DNA of 64,000 nt, taken from assembly GCA_964035575.1 (NCBI GenBank), contig OZ037838.1, positions 1,550,001 to 1,614,000 of the forward strand. Reading direction: 5' to 3'. The notes below the pieces were generated by a model. The model was not told where the DNA came from. It was given only the letters and a program-made list of their open reading frames with translations, and ran no database searches. The position numbers and the translations under genes were made by a program. Origin of the DNA: Rhynchopus sp. YZ270_cl-10 (Eukaryota). The first letter of the stretch is position 1. Each line of letters opens with the position of its first letter. Of this stretch, positions 59,120 through 64,000 are shown piece after piece.

Positions 59120-59564
59120 GGCCTCGAAGGCTGGGGTAGAAGCAACTGACCCTCCTGGGGCCTGTCTCGGCAGTGTCTCTCTCTTCTCTCTCTCCCCTTC
59201 CTGCAAGGATTTCTACAACCCCATGGTGACATGAAGAACAAAGCGAAGAGCGTGTGTGTCATGGTAACGGTGTGCGAATAGGAATTGGGGTTCAAAAAAA
59301 AGGGGGGTGGGTAAAATCTGGTTTCGGTACCTGAGAGTGTGGGGGGGACAGTGGGGGGGTGGTGATTAAAAAAAGTGGCTCGTGGGGGTACCAGAGGGGG
59401 GTACCCCATTTTTCGTGCCCAGTTCTTTTTTCAAATTATGAACAGATGCTGGGAAAAATATAACGACGTTTTTTTTTTTCATCCGACGCGTTTCTGCTTT
59501 AAATTTTCTATTTGTGAGTGTGCTTTTTTTTTAGGGAAATATTCATATTGGAACCAGAACTTTG

Positions 59565-59825
59565 GGGAACCGGTCATTTCGGAACCGGGAACCGGGGAAC
59601 CGGGAACCGGTTCCCGGGAACCATACGGGGGGAACCAGGGAACTGGTTCCCGGGAACCAGTTCCCTGGTTCCCGTGTGGTTCCCCCTGTGGTTCCCCTGT
59701 GGTTCCCGTGTGGTTCCCCCTGTGGTTCCCGGGAACCGTACAGGGGGAACCAGGGAACCGGTTCCCTGGTTCCCTGGTTCCCCAGGTACCCAGGTCCAGG
59801 TCCAGGAACAGGTACCCAGGAACAG
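59565..59825. repeat. GGAACC/GGTTCC mixed-orientation repeat cluster
   Basis: Dense GGGAACC and GGTTCCC motifs forming local palindromes. Confidence 0.9.
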
Positions 59826-59834
59826 GAAAAAAGT

Positions 59835-60349
59835 CGTGAAAGAGCAACCACAGCTCCACATGACAAACACAAAAGTGTCCAGTCACGTGGGGCATGCATG
59901 CACTGAGGAGATAATGATCCAACAATTTACAAGAAAGATTACTTAACCTACTGCTGGAAATTGCCAGGTCGTAGTAACACACAAAGTGTGCCTCCGTTCG
60001 GGAATACCGGATATTCTAGAGACCAAAAAGGCCTCAAGAATATCTTCCGGTAGTCAAGGTAGAACCGAGTGAACGGCCCAAGACCCCCGTGGAGAAGTTA
60101 AATGTTGTAATGCTATCAGGTAGAAACTGCGAACACTGTCTTACCCTCCTCAATGTATGGTGGTTGATGTCTTCCACAACAAATTTCCTGTACCCAGGTA
60201 CCCAAATTCCCAGACCCACGCAGTACCACGTCGCAGTACTACGCAAAATTTACCACCAGACCCTGTCTTCGTGCACCTGAAGTACAACGCCGCAGACAGG
60301 CCAAACATGCGTTGGACTCAGAGGAATGCCCGCTGTGCAGGTATCAAAC
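59835..60349 (-). repeat. Inverted copy of the 47159-47595 repeat
   Basis: Reverse-complement match, with extra sequence at ~60182-60300. Confidence 0.9.
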
Positions 60350-61398
60350 ATGAGAACAACTCCCAGCAACAAGGGGCGCCTTTTGGCGGGCGTTGTTGAG
60401 GGTGTTTGGGGTGCAAAGTTTTCCACAATTTTGATGCGCGGGTACAGAAGTGTTATCTTGTTCTTTCATCTCTAGGAATGTAAATGTCAATCGCGTTTAA
60501 CTACCACTAGGGCTTGTTCAGTGAACCCACGAGGGGTCGAAGGGGGTTGGTTATCCCGTATCTATCAAAGGTTGTGTCGACCAGGCTAAACCACTATGTT
60601 ACGCTGTACGTTGTTAAATCCGAAGAAATAACACTTTAGCAGCCGCAGGAAGTTTGCTAAAAAGAGTGCCTCACGCTACACAAACCACCACCCGCGATTG
60701 ACTTAGATGTTATAACAAAGAGAATTCAGAACAAAACAACACCCTGCCCCATACACACTAAATTGCCATGCTTCAAGAGCATGCCTGGGCCAAAATTACT
60801 ATGACGAAAAGGCAACAAGACCACCCACAAGGAGTGTGAATTGTGCACTGGTTTTCTGGGGGAACGCAATATTTTCTTGTGTCTAGTCCTCCGCAAGCAG
60901 AGGACAGACTTTCCGGAAGGTTTCCAAAGTCGAATTTCTTGCACTAGCTATGCTCCCTGGGTTAAATGGCTATAGCAGTGACTGACAAAATGTTCCCCCC
61001 ACCCTTCCACCCCCAGGTATTTCACCCGCAAACCAGAATAGACTGATGCGGGTGAACACCCGTTGAATTTTGAGTTGTTGAATGTCGGACGAGGCGAAGC
61101 TTCTTTCATCGCAATTGCAGATACAGTCATATTTCACGATCCTGTATAAATGTGGGGTGTGATTAAGTTATGGTGTACAAACGTAGAAGTAGTTAGGTTA
61201 ATGAAAAAAGTGGTGAAACACGGCGTACGAAAGCGTTGTACTACAGAACCTTTTCAAAACTCACACTAAAACAGACACTAAAAAAATACCGCAAACCACT
61301 GGACGTCTTGTTGAATCTACACAAGTAACTGAAAGTTAAACACATTTACATACCTTATCTTCACCGTAACCTGTAAGCTGTCAAGGTGCCTTCACTGG

Positions 61399-61538
61399 CC
61401 AGTACCCAGTACCCAGTACCCAGTACCCAGTACCCAGTACCCAGTACCCAGTACCCAGTACCCAGTACCCAGTACCCAGTACCCAGTACCCAGTACCCAG
61501 TACCCAGTACCCAGTACCCAGTACCCAGTACCCAGTAC
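61399..61538. repeat. (CCAGTAC)20 satellite; resumes at 63977-64000
   Basis: Read directly from the sequence. Confidence 0.97.
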
Positions 61539-62144
61539 CATGCTGTCCTCTAAATCGGATTTAGGATTCAGGATTTTCTATAAGAAAATTTTATTTTTGC
61601 CGGTGAAAAAATTTTCATATGGAAAAGGGGCAGTGTCTTTTTTAGGGAGGTCGGAATAATTTCCTGGTAGAACCGTGGTTGAACCACGGGAGTACCCTGG
61701 GGAACTGAGTTACTGACTGCAAAGTGAAATCCCAGGCTGTCCCCTAATTTTTTTTGCCTGCGGCGCCATTATTTATTACTTTTTTGCTCTGCAAAAAAGA
61801 GTTCGTTGACTGACTCTGTAGTGTAAAAAGCTACATTTTACATACCGTACCCTATTATTTTTTCGCCTGCGGCGCCATTTTGTGTTATTCCTTTTGCTCC
61901 GCAAAAGGAAAATAAAATACAGTTCCCTATGTACCTAATGTCTTCGCTGGTCAGAACTGAAAAACATCTTGGGGGAAACACAAACTGACCCCAAAAATCT
62001 TCAAATCTGATTCTTGGATAAGACACTGTGGTGGGGAGAAAAATGTGACCACCCCGCACTGCGGGCCTACAACAACAAAAAAGTATTTCTCCTGTTGTGC
62101 GCGAAAAATTTTCGCGCGCAGCGCGAAAATTTTTTTTTCTATAA

Positions 62145-63472
62145 TGGTGTGACCTATACAAGGGTAGTGGTATACCTTAGAAGGACCTTAGAAGGACCTT
62201 TTTTACACCTTTTTTTTTGGGGGGTGCTAAAATTATTTTGTGTACATCTTTTTGGTGGTTTTTTGTGGCCAGAAATTTTCCCCAGAAATTTTTACCCACA
62301 AAAAATCAAAAAAAAAATTTTTTTGATTTCGGTGCACCGGAGCCTGTACGTGCTGTGATGGGGTCACTTTGCGCTCAGAAATGAGTATTTTTGACCTAAA
62401 ATGCATGTGTCAGTTTTTACAGGCCATTTTCAGGTTCTGTGTGCAAAATATGGTCAGTACTTGACTTCTGAAGGAAAAGTACAAAAGGAACGTGGGGCAG
62501 TTTGCGTAGATGCGAATTTTACACCCCACCATTTGACGGGCGGAGCTCGTAGAACCCAACGAAGAGTGAGAAAAAAGGATACGCCGAAACAATAAAAGTA
62601 GCGTACCGTGCGCCTGCGGCGCAAGCTAGTATCCCACCTTCCCATGACATAGTGTCGCAGGCTATCGCCGTCTCGGAACCCTCACTCGGCCCTTTGGTAC
62701 TGGGTACTGGGTACTGGGTACTGGGTACTGGGTACTGGGTACTGGGTACTGGGTACTGGGTACTGGGTACTGGGTACTGGGTACTGGGTACTGGGTACTG
62801 GGTACTGGGTACTGGGTACTGGGTACTGGGTACTGGGTACTGGGTACTGGGTACTGGGTACTGGGTACTGGGTACTGGGTACTGGGTACTGGGTACTGGG
62901 TACTGGGTACTGGGTACTGGGTACTGGGTACTGGGTACTGGGTACTGGGTACTGGGTACTGGGTACTGGGTACTGGGTACTGGGTACTGGGTACTGGGTA
63001 CTGGGTACTGGGTACTGGGTACTGGGTACTGGGTACTGGGTACTGGGTACTGGGTACTGGGTACTGGGTACTGGGTACTGGGTACTGGGTACTGGGTACT
63101 GGGTACTGGGTACTGGGTACTGGGTACTGGGTACTGGGTACTGGGTACTGGGTACTGGGTACTGGGTACTGGGTACTGGGTACTGGGTACTGGGTACTGG
63201 GTACTGGGTACTGGGTACTGGGTACTGGGTACTGGGTACTGGGTACTGGGTACTGGGTACTGGGTACTGGGTACTGGGTACTGGGTACTGGGTACTGGGT
63301 ACTGGGTACTGGGTACACAGTTTTTTGATCGAAAACAAGTCCACTCCACCACAGAGAAAGCTCGGGAAAAAGTCACGTTTTCCTTCAGGAAATGCCCTAA
63401 GGAAAACCACCATACCTTAGAAGGACCTTAGAAGGACCTTTTTTACACCTTTTTTTTAGAAAAATCACACCA
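62145..63472. mobile_element. Nested element L with short TIR, carrying the GGGTACT array
   Basis: TGGTGTGA/TCACACCA ends; flanking TATAA (5 bp); ACCTTAGAAGGACCTTAGAAGGACC block near both ends. Confidence 0.55.
62696..63316. repeat. (GGGTACT) ~88-copy perfect satellite
   Basis: Read directly; reverse complement of the 61399 array. Confidence 0.98.
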
Positions 63473-63477
63473 TATAA

Positions 63478-63908
63478 CATGGATGTCCAAAGTACTTGAA
63501 GTATATCAAGTACTTGATCCCCCAAAAAATCCAATACTTGATACTTCAAGTACTTGACACCCTATTTTTTTTTCTAGTACTTTTTTACTTGTTCTCCCTC
63601 TGTCAAGTACTTTTTTCACAAAAAAAAACGTCAAGTACTTGATCAAGTACAAAAAAAAAGTGGGTACTTGATCAAGTACTTGACGTTTTTTTTGCGAAAA
63701 CAAGTACTTGACAGACTCTGCCAGAGGGTAAAAAAGTAAAAAAGTACGAGAAAAAAAAAATAGGGTATCAAGTACTTGATTTATGTCAAGTACTTGATCA
63801 ATCTTCAAGTACTTGACTGTCATTTTGAGAGGAAAAAAAAGGGGGTCAAGTACTTCAAGTACCATAAAAAATCCAAAAAAAGTACTTCAAGTACTTTGGA
63901 CATCCATG
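63478..63908. mobile_element. CATGG-ended MITE with 6-bp TSD
   Basis: 26-bp TIR CATGGATGTCCAAAGTACTTGAAGTA; TSD ATATAA; many AAGTACTT motifs. Confidence 0.9.
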
Positions 63909-64000
63909 ATATAAGAAAATTTTGAGATTTAAAAATCAGAAAATCCTGATTTTTCCCGGATTTAAGGACATGCTTGCCCAGTACCCAGTACCCAGTACCC

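Larger units (their letters stand above)
61539..63976. mobile_element. TIR element inserted into the CCAGTAC satellite, hosting two further elements
   Basis: Imperfect TIR CATGCTGTCCTCTAAATC versus CAAGCATGTCCTTAAATC; CCCAGTAC on both sides; ~61745-61880 is shared with element C (~32318-32445). Confidence 0.6.

Noticed and set aside
62696..63316. Telomere
   Set aside because: The array is internal, occurs in both orientations, is embedded in TIR elements, and is not TTAGGG-like.
62519..63431. YPVPSTQ/VLGTGYW repeat ORFs
   Set aside because: Translations of a 7-mer satellite with no coding evidence.
26000..64000. Autonomous transposase or reverse transcriptase gene
   Set aside because: No ORF with DDE, RT, YR or HUH motifs was seen; all elements appear non-autonomous.

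Overview
Eukaryotic (protist) genomic DNA. All confident genes are on the + strand, most are intronless, and they are separated by AT/homopolymer-rich spacers. This layout, plus an LPG2/VRG4-like transporter and CAZymes, suggests a euglenozoan, possibly diplonemid-like, genome (inference only). 1-31 kb is gene-dense: a helical-repeat protein, a GDP-sugar transporter, a TauE/SafE transporter with two inserted SAM-like domains, four tandem ubiquitin-like + beta-propeller genes, a coiled-coil protein, and two sialate-O-acetylesterase/GH27 fusion genes. 26-64 kb holds many nested non-autonomous TIR elements with visible target-site duplications, microsatellite expansions and a 4.4-kb double-foldback element. 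Among them sit a Ttd14-like P-loop/CYTH gene and a 4-exon APH/EcKL phosphotransferase. The best candidates for undescribed biology are (1) the Ubl-propeller array, with near-invariant Ubl, scaffold and flanks but hypervariable, mosaic loops; (2) the twin ~540-bp-arm foldback with unique ~40-bp spacers; and (3) the GNA-triloop DNA hairpins and internal modules shared by TIR elements with unrelated ends. All calls were made by eye without database searches, and coordinates may be off by a few bases.
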